Of a DNA stretch of 64,000 nucleotides, positions 17,872-55,151 are shown piece after piece (within the stretch, counting starts at the first letter, position 1; every line of letters starts with the position of its first letter). The stretch is from Eledone cirrhosa. Its lineage: Eukaryota. The stretch covers positions 37,696,001 to 37,760,000 of the forward strand of contig OZ024745.1 of NCBI GenBank assembly GCA_964016885.1, given 5' to 3'. The position numbers and the translations under genes were made by a program. The notes beneath the pieces are model-generated. The model worked only from the letters and a program-made list of their open reading frames with translations. It searched no databases and was not told where the DNA came from.

Positions 17872-17930
17872 TTTTTTTTTTTTTTTTTATTGTGCAATGG
17901 CCATACTCGATAACGAGGGGGCAGCCATCA
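13757..17930 (+). mobile_element. Near full-length RTE-clade LINE
   Basis: 5' leader at about 13757-14040, single ORF 14160-17705, microsatellite-rich 3'UTR ending GGCCATACTCGATAACGAGGGGGCAGCCATC; 5' boundary approximate. Confidence 0.9.
14160..17705 (+). CDS. RTE ORF: APE endonuclease, reverse transcriptase, three C2H2 zinc fingers (1181 aa)
   Basis: EN motifs WNVRTL, LSETR, GDFNA, LDY, TDH; RT motifs DLTKAFD, GVKQG, YADD, YLGS; C-terminal CxxC-x12-HxxxH-type fingers x3; no stops. Confidence 0.95.
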   Translation: MMFQNNVNEIIANLGSGTKKIIGNKGRGPKLSQPGPARHRAIVIEPNRAFSLGCWNVRTLLDRDSLERPERRTALVAKELRRYDLDIVALSETRLAGDGHLTEFCGEYTFFWKGRDEGTRREAGVGFAVKTVLVNKLEEFPVGISERLMSMRVPLDKGRYATLVSVYAPTMNSVDEEKLSFYHALKGVLRNIPQADKVIVLGDFNARVGRDFNTWNVIGRHGVGKCNSNGMLLLQMCEELDLCVTNTMFQQKNKFKTTWMHPASKEWHLLDYVLVRMRDRQDVRCVRVLRGAECWTDHRLVRAKVNLITKRKIRAPGVTLPKRLNAARLKDKNVKRTLEEEMQAADLGEDWPTLKKSVYDVGRRVLGLVQRKHQDWFNEKDVHIDDLLADKRRALSRYLTARPQERNTLHEELRDVKSRVRRSLSQMKDQWWSEKAGEIQTASDCNNTKLLYSLLREVYGPSSSLVTPIRSKDGKELLRDSQGILRRWREHFDDLLNQPSVVSEDFLNLIPESPVKVALAEPPTLVEVAVAISKLNSGRSPGMDGIHAELLQYGGERLLQHLHSLFGRIWANESVPEDWRDAVMVVLYKGKGNRNDCGNYRGISLLSVVGKVLCRVLLDRLLTHIADCVLPESQSGFRVGRGTTDMIFSARQLQEKCIEQGLDLYQVFVDLTKAFDTVNRDALWKVLQKLGCPDKFLALVRSFHDDMKAWVNVGGNMSEPISVKNGVKQGDIPAPTLFAIYFAMVFCVAFRNCEHGVYIRYRTSGSIFNIRRFAAKTKVFTSVIRDLLYADDCDLVAHTESDMQHILNVFSDACTALGLTVSLKKTVVMYQPAPGRQYTEPNIYVYGKRLGVVDQFVYLGSTVNRYGNLDSEISLRIRKASDAFGKLERRLWGRRDICRRTKVKVYRACVLSCLLYACETWVTYRRHLKQLERFHQMCLRRIHGVRWRDHISDVEILESSMCDSIEALVLKQRLRWSGHLARMKDSRIPKQLFYGELVKGKRPPHKPKKRYKDSLKASLKDANISADTWENIAADRNKWRKTVYEGKVAFEASRIAHEKVKRDVRKGIAVALPDGEGPPMFLTCSVCARLCLSKAGLESHLRSHKVRPVVDYQAAVGDATHHACQTCGRECKSAGGLKRHAKVHELQPQPTIPSKCFGCRLCARHFGSLAGLKSHIRSQHC

Positions 17931-21487
<3,557 letters not shown>

Positions 21488-21491
<4 letters not shown>

Positions 21492-23310
21492 ACTGAGGCA
21501 CATGCAAATAACGAAGCCAGAGGAGTTCTTTGATGCCACAACACTACATCAAGAAATGGCAACCATCAACCACATAGACATAACGGAGGAGGATGTGGTG
21601 TACGCCATTGATGAAATTAGAACAGACTCGGCTGCTGGACCTGATGGATTCCCAGCAGTTCTCCTAAAAATATGTAAGCGGGCCTTAGCAACTCCACTGA
21701 AGATGCTCTTCAGAAGCTCCTTGGCTAGCGGTGTACTACCCAGGGAGCTGAAAGAAGGCACAATATGCCCTATCCATAAAGGAGGTAGTAGAGCGGAGGC
21801 CAAGAACTATAGGCCAGTCTCCCTGACGTCGCATATCAGTAAGGTCATGGAGCGAGTCGTCAGAAAGAAACTAATCACTTTCCTCGAAGAAAATGACCGC
21901 CTGACTAGCACGCAACATGGCTTCCGCCCAGGAAGAAGCTGCCTTACACAGCTGCTACATCACTACGACTGGGTACTGAGACAGCTACTAGACAGCTCAC
22001 ATGTAGACGTGATATATCTTGACTTTGCGAAGGCCTTTGACAAGGTCGACCACGGAATGATATGTCACAAACTACACGGACTCGGCATAACTGGAAAAGT
22101 AGGTGAGTGGCTGCATGGCTTCCTGAGGGACAGAAGCCAGGCAGTCGCAGCAAATGGGGCTCTCTCGAGGGAGACACCGATAACAAGTGGGGTGCCTCAG
22201 GGGACAGTCCTGGGACCACTACTGTTTTTGGTGGCTCTCTCGGACATGCCCTCTGTGGTGCATGCAACAACATCCCTCACTAGCTATGCTGATGACACTA
22301 AGGTAGCACAGGCAATCAAAAACCCGGCTGAAAGGTAGCACAGGCAATCAAAAACCCGGCTGACACTGCCCTCTTACAGCAGGATCTGGATGCCATATAC
22401 AGATGGGCGGAAGAAAACAACATGCAGTTTAATGCTGGCAAATTCCAAGCCCTACAATACAAACCTGCAAACACAAACACAAATATAGCGGAACACAGCT
22501 ACACAGGACCAGGAGGGACCGATATCCCCGTGTCAAAATCGATACGAGACCTGGGCATAGACATGAGCGATGATGCATCTTTTTCTTCACACATCATGAA
22601 GGTGGCGACAGCATGTAGACGATTCGCTGGCTGGATCTTGAGGACTTTCCTTACAAGAGATCGAGACACCATGTTGACACTGTGGAGGACTTTTGTCCTA
22701 AGCCGCCTGGACTACTGCTCCCAGCTGTGGTCACCCCATAGTGTCAAACTAACCACAGAGCTTGAGGCAATCCAGCGAAGCTACACCAAGAGGATTGCCA
22801 AGATGAGGGAGACAAGCTACTGGGAGAGGCTGAAGGAACTGAACCTCTACTCCTTGGAGCGAAGACGGGAGAGATACGCAGTGATCTACATGTGGAAAAT
22901 CCTGGAGGGACTAGCACCAAACTTTGGCATTGGGAGCTGGACCAACCGTCGAACAGGACGTCACTGTGTGGTGCCAAAGGTCCCGTCTTCCACATCTAGA
23001 ATAAGGAGCAGGTATTGCAATAGCCTGGGATTCAAGGGCCCTCAACTCTTCAACAGGCTGCCGAGGCATCTGCGAGACTTGCATGACGTGGAGGTGGATG
23101 TCTTTAAGAAACATCTCGACACCTTGTTATCCAGGATCCCGGATGAGCCCACAGCAAGACACGAGGGAAACCTAAGGGCAGCAGCAACAAACTCCCTCCT
23201 ACACCAGTGGCCAACCTATACAGGCTGGAGATAAAGTGTGTAGCAGCAAGGGCGGTGCCCCAGCATGGCCTCAGCCGGATGGCTGAAACAGGTAAAAGAG
23301 TAAAAGAGTA
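21488..23310 (+). mobile_element. 5'-truncated CR1-group LINE, frameshifted by a 32-bp tandem duplication (22300-22363)
   Basis: [33 protein letters not shown]; tail GGTGCCCCAGCATGGCC...(GTAAAAGA)2. Confidence 0.93.
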
Positions 23311-23312
23311 TG

Positions 23313-23479
<167 letters not shown>

Positions 23480-23506
23480 GTATATATATATATATATATA
23501 CATATG

Positions 23507-23574
<68 letters not shown>

Positions 23575-23607
23575 CATATGTAAATATATATATATATATA
23601 TATATAC

Positions 23608-23645
<38 letters not shown>

Positions 23646-23833
23646 GTATATATATATATATATATATATACATATGTATATATATATATACATATGTGTA
23701 TATATATATATATATATACATATGTATATATATACATATATATGTATATATTTATATATATACACATGTATATATATATATACATATGTATGTATATATA
23801 TATATGTATGTATATATATATATGTATGTATGT

Positions 23834-23867
<34 letters not shown>

Positions 23868-24117
23868 GTATATATATATATGTATGTATGTATGTATATA
23901 TATGTATGTATGTTTATATATATATGTATGTATGTATGTATATATATGTATGTATGTTTATATATATATGTATGCTATGTATGTATATATATGTATGTAT
24001 GTATATATATATATATATATGTATATGTATGTATGTATATATATATATATATGTATGTATATACATATATGTATGTATATATATATATATATATATGTAT
24101 GTATATATATATATAAG

Positions 24118-24158
<41 letters not shown>

Positions 24159-24177
24159 ATATATGTATATATATATA

Positions 24178-24401
24178 TTTTTTTTTCCAATCGATCGACT
24201 TTCGTCAAATCGAACCGAGGAAACAATGTTTCCATTGGTCTTTCCAATTGCTAATACTATCTATCGGTCGCAACTCCAGGTAGAAGAAGCAACGTGAAAT
24301 AAAGTGTCTTGCTCAAGGACATAACTCATCGCCTGGTCCAGGAATCGAACTCACAACCTTACGATTGCGAATCCAATTCTCTAACCACTCAGCCACACGC
24401 C

Positions 24402-24406
<5 letters not shown>
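24178..24406 (-). mobile_element. 230-bp chimeric SINE repeat, copy 2
   Basis: Near-identical to 18917-19147. Confidence 0.8.
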
Positions 24407-24491
<85 letters not shown>

Positions 24492-24493
24492 GT

Positions 24494-25130
24494 GTCAGGT
24501 CACCAGTTGGTGCTACTGGTAACATGTATCCCAGTACAACCTGTCTCATGGTCGGGTCGTTGGCGACTAAACTGGCAACCCCACCAAGGTTTCTTGGTGA
24601 GGAGGGTGACTTTGGACATCCTGCAGGACTAAAAACAAAACCTGTCAAAGGGCAAAGGAGCTCTTAAGAGTCAATGGCCATCCAAAATCACCGGGAGAGA
24701 TGACCCCTTTAGCCTTAGTCAAGGCAGAATTCTAGGAGAAGGAAAACTCTGATATAACACCTGCAACCCTGATGGTATCCAATGATGTTGACTTGTTCTT
24801 CTTTTTGGTAAATAGCATCTTGGTTAAGAGAGTGGGACTGGCTTTGTGCAGTGCCTTTGCTCACTATAAAAGCTTCACGGCACAGGCATTGCTTTATATC
24901 TGGAGATCTCTCTGCACTTGTCCTCACATGGGCCCAGCACTATGTGTCAATAATTGTCCTACCATGGGCCTAGCACTATGTGTCAATAATTGTCACAGGT
25001 GTAGTGTTTGTACCAGAGGTTTCAAGTCGCTGGCTGGACTAAAAAGTCACACTCGTTCAGCGCTTCGGTAGGGGTTATCATACATGGATGTAAAGTAGTG
25101 GCCGTACTCGAAAACGAGTTGGCAGCCACC
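24494..25130 (+). mobile_element. Non-autonomous bipartite RTE-derived element (5' leader, last zinc finger, 3' tail)
   Basis: 24730-24895 aligns to the RTE leader 13848-14032; [21 protein letters not shown] parallels RTE finger 3; ends GGCCGTACTCGAAAACGAGTTGGCAGCCACC. Confidence 0.85.
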
Positions 25131-25434
25131 ATATATATATATTTTTATGTATGCATATGTATATATATTTATGTATGTATATATATATGTATGTATGTAT
25201 ATATATATATATTTATGTATGCATATGTATATATATTTATGTATGTATATATATATATATTTAAGTATGTATATATATATATATATTTCTGTATGTATAT
25301 ATATATATATTTATGTATGTATATATATTTATGTATGTATATATATATATTTATGTATGTATATATATATGTATGTATGTATGTATATATATATGTATGT
25401 ATGTATGTATATATGTATGTATGTATATATATGC

Positions 25435-25471
<37 letters not shown>

Positions 25472-25583
25472 GTTATTAATGTATGTGTGTATATATGTGT
25501 GAGTGTATGTGTATGTATGTGTGTGTGTATATATGTATGTATGTGTATGTATGTGTGTGTGTGTATATATGTGTATGTATGTA

Positions 25584-25624
<41 letters not shown>

Positions 25625-25762
25625 CTTTTCCCTTTTTTTTTTTTTTTTTTTTTTATTTATTTATTATTATTATTATTTTTTTATTTATTTATTTATTTAT
25701 TTATTTATTTTTTTTTTTTTATTGTGCAATGGTCATACTCGATAACGAGGGGCAGCCATCAT
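25435..25762 (+). mobile_element. Solo RTE 3'UTR and tail
   Basis: ATTGTGCAATGGTCATACTCGATAACGAGGGGCAGCCATC matches 17889-17930, preceded by similar simple repeats. Confidence 0.75.
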
Positions 25763-29914
<4,152 letters not shown>

Positions 29915-30229
29915 GTTTCTTGGTGAGGAGGGTGACTTTGGACATCCTGCAGGACTAAAAACAATACCTGTCAAATGGCAAAGGATCTCTTAAGAGTCAA
30001 TGGCCATCCAAAATCACCGGGAGAGATGACCCCTTAGCCTCTGTCAAGGCAGAATTCTAGGAGAAGGAAAACTCTGATATAACACCTGCAACCCTGTGAG
30101 TATCCAATGACGTTGAGTTTTCATGTCGCAGGCTGGACTAAAAAGTCACACTCGTTCAGCGCATCGGTAGGGGTTCTCCTACATGGATATAAAGTAGTGG
30201 CCGTACTCGAAAACGAGTTGGCAGCCACC
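29915..30229 (+). mobile_element. Truncated, internally deleted copy of the bipartite RTE derivative, with (ATGT)n tail
   Basis: Matches 24589-24790 joined to 25030-25130. Confidence 0.85.
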
Positions 30230-30232
30230 ATG

Positions 30233-30264
<32 letters not shown>

Positions 30265-30399
30265 TGTATGTATGTATGTATGTATGTATGTATGTATGTA
30301 TGTATGTATGTATACATATGTATGTATATATATATAGATACATACATATGTATATATATATGTATACATATGTATGTATGTATCTATGTATGCATGAAG

Positions 30400-31425
30400 G
30401 ACACTCGGGAAAAACCCGAGGTTGATACATCTACTTTTCATCTTGCGTGTGCTTGTCATTGGAATCTGCATGTTGATACTTAGAGAGCAACATGTGTGTA
30501 AGAAGCAAGTCCATGCTTCTTTGATCTCCTTTTTTAGATATCTCTTCAAAGTCCTGCGGCGATAAGGAAGCAGTGACATATGTAAACTTAACGGGTTGGT
30601 GGCATTCAGTCTCTAATCTACACATAGGTGGCTTAAGACATATATAACGTCGTTGCAAGTTTTACGAGTAGGAACTGGCTTGGGTGAATTGTTTTGTGCC
30701 TGTCCAGCCTTTTTAAGGGAAAACACTGATCACCCAAATCTTGGGAGAGTTCTAGAAAAGGTTTCACCATTAAGTTGGTTAGATACCTGCTGTTCATACC
30801 TGCATGAGAAACAAGAAGAGGAGTAATTTTCAGAAGAATTTTCAAAATAATATAAATACATTGAACGTTGCTACATGGTATTTTAGAACACTTCTTGACA
30901 GGGTGTCATCCACAAATCCAGTGAGGGCCCAGTGTGGATTTAGAGCTGGGCGCAGTTACTATGGACATGATTTTGTCAGTCCATCAGCTTATGGAGAGGT
31001 GTATTAAAAAGCGAATGCCACTGAACCAAGTATTTGTGTATCATACTAAATCATTTGATACTGATAATCGTAGTACGTTTTGGGTCATATTGTGGATAAT
31101 TGGATGCCTTGCTGAAGTTGTTGGAATAGTCAAAATCTCCATCAAAATATGTAGGCAAAAGTGAACTTCAATGGAAAATTTGCAAAGAGAGTAGTTTAGT
31201 TTGCAAGTCAGCCGATGAATTGACCAGAAATGGCAAAATACATGAAGACACACCCAAGAAATAGCTCATGTGTCAGAACTGTGAACCAGCTTGCAAAACA
31301 AAAGCTAAACTGAATGAGTTGATATATGATGAAAAGTATATTAGGTGTGATCATCCCCTTTTTTTTTTTTTGCGATTTATGTTGATTAATTTTTTAGCAG
31401 ATTGAGTATCGAGGACTACACCACA
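30400..31425 (+). pseudogene. Old, multiply deleted RTE element
   Basis: TLNVATWYFRTLLDR (EN start), QCGFRAGRS..TMDMILSVHQLMERC..KSFDTDNR (RT), CKSADELTRNGKIHE (finger remnant). Confidence 0.75.
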
Positions 31426-31684
31426 TAATGTTTTCTTAACTCTTTTTAGTTCGTGATTTGAGGGAGATTTTGGCAACTATCTCTTACGTATAATCTTCTG
31501 ATGGGACACAATATTTCAACCTATTTCGGTAATTATTCTCAATACTTTATAGTACGTAAATTATTATATAAGGGAGAGAACTCCCGAAGATAGTCGTCTT
31601 AATGTTTCGTTAGCTGTATTGATTTGTAAGCATTTTTCTTTTTCAATTTTATTTAGGATTTTTATAATGTAAATTAATACTTAT

Positions 31685-31900
31685 GTCAGGTCAGGCTTCT
31701 GCCTGCTACCGGCACTATGTAACCCAAGCCAAACTGCTTCATGGTCTAGCGGTCGGCAACTAAACCGGTTCTCCCACCAGACCATGGTCTAGTGAGTAGA
31801 GTAAGTGGAACCACAACAACACAAAAAAAAAAAACAGGAAATATAAATTGGACGGATGAGCTCCTAGGAGTCAATCGTCCTCCACCCCTACTATGGGTTA
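31685..31900 (+). mobile_element. Divergent RTE-type 5' leader
   Basis: Collinear motifs with 24494-24685: GTCAGGTCA, TCATGGTC, GGCRACTAAACYGG, GAGCTC.TA.GAGTCAA. Confidence 0.6.
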
Positions 31901-33413
31901 AATATCCTCACCAACCTGCATGGTGAGTAGGGCTACACCCCTGATATGACCAAAACGAAGAAGGAAGTGATGGAAGTCAATCAGGAAGGGGTTCCCCGAA
32001 AAGGAGTGAGAAGTCCCTGGATTGAAATGGACTGCATATAATACTATTATGAATGAAAGTAAGCAATGTTTAATTAAAAAAATATAAATATAACGCACAC
32101 ACACACACACACGCACGCTCACACGTACTCACACGCACACACGCACACACACACACATACGAACGTATAAAGTAGAATATAAAATATAACAAAAGAACGA
32201 AAGCGTGATTGTGTGCAGAGCCGACATAAAAATCTTTGAATTTTTGGGGACCCTCACAAATATAGATTATCAAGAATTATTGTTTTTGTTCAATAAAATA
32301 GAAAGGGAGGTTTTTTTTAAATTTCAAACAGAATTGATTTCATGTTATTTCCTGGCCATTTTATGTGAAACCAATAACTAATTGGTGTTCAGCGTTGGGT
32401 TACAAAAGTTACCCCCCCTAGCATAATTTACTATCAAGAAAGCCAAGTAGCTTCTATGTAATTGCACGAAACAGTAGTCCAATTTGTATTTAAACAAATT
32501 TCACTCTCTTAAACTAAGAAGGACATTAGATAATGCGTAAAAATACTTGCTGGAATGTCTATGGTGATATTTGGTCATTGGCAGACCTGGGCAGAGGTAG
32601 TAGGGAAAATTAATAGGCATGGTCTTACACACCTGAATAGAATTCTTTTATTTTGTTCTGTTACTTGTAAGTACAATATGCTCACTGCTTGAATATGTAG
32701 ATAGCCGTAACCCATTCAGAGATCATATATATTTGGCACTCGCTTTAAAAGTGCTTACTGGGCTGATTGAAATGGAAACTACATTGTACGCCCTGTCTAG
32801 ACCATATTACCTTCTTTGAGGATCAATGTCACATTAGGCCTGGGCATATAGACAGTTTTGTCCAGACATGATCAGAGATTTTCTAAATCAAAATTAGAAT
32901 AACATTGATCATATGTTTGCACAACCAAGGTTGACTCACGGCTGACATGTCATAACCATAGCAGAGTTGTAAGAATGTCGTTATAAAATACCTCTTAAAC
33001 CCGAGGGAGGCCACCCCTGACAAGATCAGAAACTAGTCGATTTTATCCAGAGAGAAGGTTGAAGAGAATCGACCCCAATACTTGACTGATACTTTATGTA
33101 TCGACCTAGAAAAAAATGATAGACGAATTTTCCCACAGTGTGAGCGCAGAACCAGAAACATACCACAAAGCATGCTACCCGACGTGTTAAAAAAAACTTT
33201 GTGAATTGGACGCCTCACACTTACAGGGATGATGGAACTGGTGGGGTCCACAGGTATATGGCTCCCCCAATAATTATATTTTTCTCCCCAAACTACCAAA
33301 ACACACATCTATTTGTAGATGTACTACAATTTATGTCCATGTTATGTTTATCGGGTATCGAAGCCTTTTATATCTTGGTTGATATTTGTTGATAATATGT
33401 TAACCTTCATAGT

Positions 33414-33601
33414 GGCGGTGGATTGGCAGTATTGGTAGAGGGTCGGACGCCATGCTTTGACGCATAGAGTTACGGCCCTTGCCATTCTGAGTTCATATCC
33501 CGCTGAGGTTAACTTTGCCTTTCATCCTTACGGCGTCGATAAAATAAAGTACCAGTAATACACTGGGTATTTGCTGGCCTTGTGCCTAACGGAGAAACAA
33601 T
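33414..33601 (+). mobile_element. tRNA-derived SINE with 18-bp target-site duplication
   Basis: TATGTTAACCTTCATAGT at 33396-33413 and 33602-33619; A box TGGCAGTATTGG, B box GAGTTCATATCC. Confidence 0.9.
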
Positions 33602-33871
33602 TATGTTAACCTTCATAGTAATTTTTTTGTCACGTCATAGCTTTTTCTTCACATATCACTATTTGCCAATTGCTAGTATGTATATTCAGAGACAGATTTC
33701 ATAGGTCCTGTTGCTATAATCACTTTATAATTATTGAAAGCTGTAAATGTAATATGACTTGTTTGGAGTCAAATTGCATTTTCTGACTATTTTACAGCGC
33801 AAAGAGCTAACCTATTCACTACAACTAAATTGACCAAATCCCCCCCCCCCCCCATTCAGAAATGCTTCCTC

Positions 33872-33912
<41 letters not shown>

Positions 33913-34279
33913 CACATACACTCTCCGGTCTCAAATAGTAGGATTGTTGGAATAAGCATGGGGTGTGGTGGGGTGGACATTTGCTTAAATTCTTATAAGT
34001 TGGGTATATCGGTAATTGTATAGTGTACGTCCGTAAATATGGGATTTCTTATAATGTTCTGTTATTGTTATATATCATGTTTTCATGATGTAAAATAGAA
34101 TTATTATTAGATTCTCCAGTAGCTGTATCGATATGAATCACTTACAATAAAATTGCGTCGGAGATAGATTAGCAAAATTTAAAAAGTGGGAGGTGGGGTT
34201 GGAATAAAAGCGGGTGGTGTGTATGGAAAAAAATCTGAAAAGTTAATAAGAGAGGGGCGGGTAATTTAAAACCAGAGAG

Positions 34280-35140
34280 CAATTGATAGAAAGAGGGGGG
34301 TTTGGAGAGATACTTTGATGGTAGATATAAAGAGATGGGGTGTATAGTAAGGATTGGTATAAAGAAAGGGTATTGAATGAGACTGTTGTATAATAGACAT
34401 ACAGAGGAAGAGAGTTTGTTAGTAATGTATAGAGAGAGGGGGATTAAGTGAGTGATTTGTATGTGATTTATATAGAGAGGGGGAGAGTTTGGTGTTAATT
34501 GATATAGAGAGGGGTATTTGGAGAGAAGGTTGTATGGTTGATGTAGAGAGGGGAGGGTTTCCTGATTGTGAATAGTGTGAGACGATTGATATAAATAGTT
34601 ATTGAAAGATAGATGGTGGTGGAGAGTTTTGAGTTAATTGATATAGAGAGGGGTATTTGAAGAGAGTTATGTGTAGTAGATATAGAAAGGGTTATTGAAA
34701 GAGAGTTCCGTGTAGTAGATATAGAGATGGGGAGAGTTTGGTGTTAATCTACTTAGAGAGGGGTATTGGGAGAGAGAGAAGAGTGTTTGGTGTTATTTGA
34801 TATATATAGGGGTAATAGAAGATAGTTACGTGTAGTAGATATATATAGAGAGAGAGTTGATGTTAATTCATATAGCGATGTGTATTGGGAGAGAGGCTTG
34901 TACCGTTGATGTAGAGAGTTTGATGATTATAAATAGATTGAGATGATTGATATCGATATCTATTTATAGATATACGGAGGGGGAGCGTTTTGGTGTTAAT
35001 TGATATAGAGAGGGGTATTGGAAGAGAGTTCCGTGTAGTAGATATAGAGAGGGGGAGATGTCAATGCTTGTAAGATGTAGTGAGGGGCTGAGAGATAAAT
35101 ATTGGTAAATGCTGAGAGGATGATTGAGAGATACTGTGCG
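34280..35140. repeat. Degenerate purine-rich minisatellite
   Basis: Recurring GATATAGAGAGGGG, GAGAGTTTGGTGTTAATT and GTGTAGTAGATATAG motifs. Confidence 0.75.
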
Positions 35141-35799
35141 CAGGTTACATTTTAGAATAACAAAGCTCACCAATAGCCATAATAAATGAATATATATATA
35201 TATATATATATATATGCCCCCCCCCCCCCCAGTTATATTTTTCTCCCCAAAGTACCAAAACATATGCGCTACAATTTATGTACATGTTATGTTTATCGCA
35301 TATCGCAGTTTTCTGACCATTTTAGAGTGCAAAAAGCTGAACTAATCACTACAACTAAATTGACAAAATTTGCGCCGCACACCCACCAAATTCAGAAATA
35401 CCACCCCCCTCCTTTAATTAGATCTAAACAACACCACCACCAAATCACATGAATCACGGCTTCCTAAGATTTTAACTTATGCGTCAATGTTAATTGATTG
35501 TATCAAGTGATCCACTCATCATCGAAGCCGATAGAGATCCAACACACACACACATACATCTTATGAATACGAGTTCAATAACGCACAGAATGTACTCGAC
35601 CAGTTCTGACTTATGGTTAAATAAACAACAATAAGAACAAATAACTCTATTTGGTGTTATTTATTTAATCATTTATTTTATTCTTCTGTTCATATCCTGG
35701 TTTATGTCTTCATATTAAGATCGTATCATTATGTGCATATATTTGTGGGTGAGAAAACGAGAAGAGATTGTGTAAATTACTGTGTGTAGGTGTGTGTAA

Positions 35800-35835
<36 letters not shown>

Positions 35836-36344
35836 TGTGCATGTGTGCGTTGCGTTTATATGTGTCTATGTGTGTGTGATACTGGTGACAAAGATGATAG
35901 TGATGATAATAGCTTTGCTGGGTGAGTTGGGGGAAGTGAGGTTTCAAATGAGTAACTGTTTATTTTAACTCAGGGAGGTGTTTTTATATGTAATTTTATA
36001 TAGTCAAGTGGGTTATTTTACATATTTTAAACGAATAATCGAACGTCTTTTCGAGTGGAATATTGAAGATTGCGGGTGAGGGACGAGGAATGGGAATTAA
36101 TGAGATTCGTGCTTTTTCCAAAATTGTTGTTGTTATTGCTGTTACACTTGACACCTAACAACCCTCATACGAGTTTGCATCTTATAGGTTTCTCAAGTTC
36201 TTTAACGCTAAAGGGTCCTCAGTCGTATCATGAAAACATTGCGCTCTGGATAAGCCGCCAGTATGTCACAGGGGTTACTTCCCTGCTACTAATACTGATA
36301 ATAATTTTATTTATTTGCTTGTTGTGTTTTTTTTTTCTTTTAAC

Positions 36345-36552
36345 TTAGTCGACTGGAATAACCTGAAATGTAGAGTCTTATGATCGTGAGTCCGGAGGCT
36401 CATCAGGCTGGTGCATATTTCAGTGTCTATGGCGTGAGGCGACTGAGATTAGAAGACTCCAGTCAATCGCAGGGTTAAATCGCTTGCTATTGTTGGTACT
36501 CATTTTCCGCTGAACATATTGAATTGCAGTGTCTTTCTCAAGAACACAACAC
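36345..36552 (-). mobile_element. Degenerate SINE fragment, Nin/Deu-domain-like
   Basis: Resembles the recalled pattern AGTCCATCGCAGGGTTA..GGTACCCATTT..GTGTCTTGCCCAAGAACACAAC; not verified. Confidence 0.4.
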
Positions 36553-36700
36553 CAGATGTATTAAATGTTTACAACAAAAGTTCAAAACCAAATTGGTACA
36601 TCATCCCGTCGAGAAATTTATCAACTCAACGTTCTCTATTTGCGTTATGATAATGTTCACATGATATTGATACCTTAGACATTATAATTGCTAATTAGTA

Positions 36701-36925
36701 AGGCGGTGCATTGGCAGAATCGTTTGGAGGTGGAGAAAATGGTTTGCAGCCTTTAGGGCCTTTAGTTACCACCATTTACTTTCTGAATTCAAATTTCACC
36801 AAGTTCAACTTTGCTTTTCATTTTTCCAGCGTCGATAAAATAAAGTACTCTAAAGTACAGGCGCTAATATAAACGATTTTCCCTCTTCCTTGAAAATTAC
36901 TGCCATTGTTTGAATTAAACACCAT
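36701..36925 (+). mobile_element. tRNA-derived SINE
   Basis: GGCGGTGCATTGGCAGAATCG...GTCGATAAAATAAAGTAC. Confidence 0.7.
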
Positions 36926-36962
36926 TCTTGTCAGTCGTTATATATTTCTGACGATGATGATG

Positions 36963-37017
<55 letters not shown>

Positions 37018-37429
37018 GGGCTCAGTAATCACAGTAGCCCCCTTCTTTTCTGATGAAGTTTGGTGAGCACACGTTTCGCTGAAACATTAAGGCCATGCGA
37101 TAAAAACACTACGAAACATACATATGTATTATGTATACTGTAACTGTCTCAAAATAGATAGATAGATAAAGGTATATTCACCGATATACATGTAAGTTTA
37201 TATAATGGTAAGAGTGCACAGCACTGAACACCGGGTGCTATTACAAATGTATAAAGTTGCAAAAACATGCAAAGAACGTACGCAAACAAATACATAGAAA
37301 GAAAAACGAATATTGTAGCCCATAATGAGGAAAGATTATATATATATATATATGCCTGTGTATGTGTACGTATGTAAGTTTAGACATGTCCTTACATAAG
37401 TACATATATGTGTATGTGTTTGTTAGTTA

Positions 37430-37755
37430 GTTGTATAATATGGGATATACTGCCCAGATAATGGTGGCGTTAGCTTTAAAAGTTGCTCATGGTATTGACA
37501 TCGTACCATTCGTCTCCTACTAAAATTGAGCTCGTATCACCTCACAGCATTACGACAGAGCTATATTATATCGCCTAGCCATAGGTTATCACAGCAAAAC
37601 CAATCTAAGAAGGGAAGAGTCCTTGAACCAGGTATGTTTCGGCTAACAACAATTCCGTACTGAAGAGTGAGCTATGGCGTCCAAATTATGATATATGATC
37701 TAAAAAAACCTCACTAGCTGGTGCTATTAAATCAGACGTGGCCTGAACCATTACT
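37430..37755 (+). pseudogene. Decayed 3' end of the CR1 family at 9365
   Basis: YVSANNNSVL versus [10 protein letters not shown]; GGTGCTATTAAATCAGACGTGGCCTG versus GGTGCTATTAAGTTAGACATGGCCTG. Confidence 0.7.
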
Positions 37756-38020
37756 ATATATATATATAATATAACGCATCTACATAATGTATGTATATGT
37801 GTGTGTATGCTAATTGGCAGAAGCTCAACACACGCACACGCACCGCACACACATTATATGTATATATACATAATGAGCTGCTGCCAATTAGCACGGACAC
37901 AAATATACATACAACATATACATGCGTAATATTACACAAATAAAGATTTCGCTCAAGCCACGCCTGATGTATATATGTACATATAGTAAATATTTTATTC
38001 AAGATATATTTTTTTTCAAA

Positions 38021-55151
<17,131 letters not shown>

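Noticed and set aside
37040-37092. CTGATGA...GAAAC hammerhead candidate
   Set aside because: Stem I is not adjacent to the core, there is a 5-nt insertion, and stem II is mostly wobble pairs.
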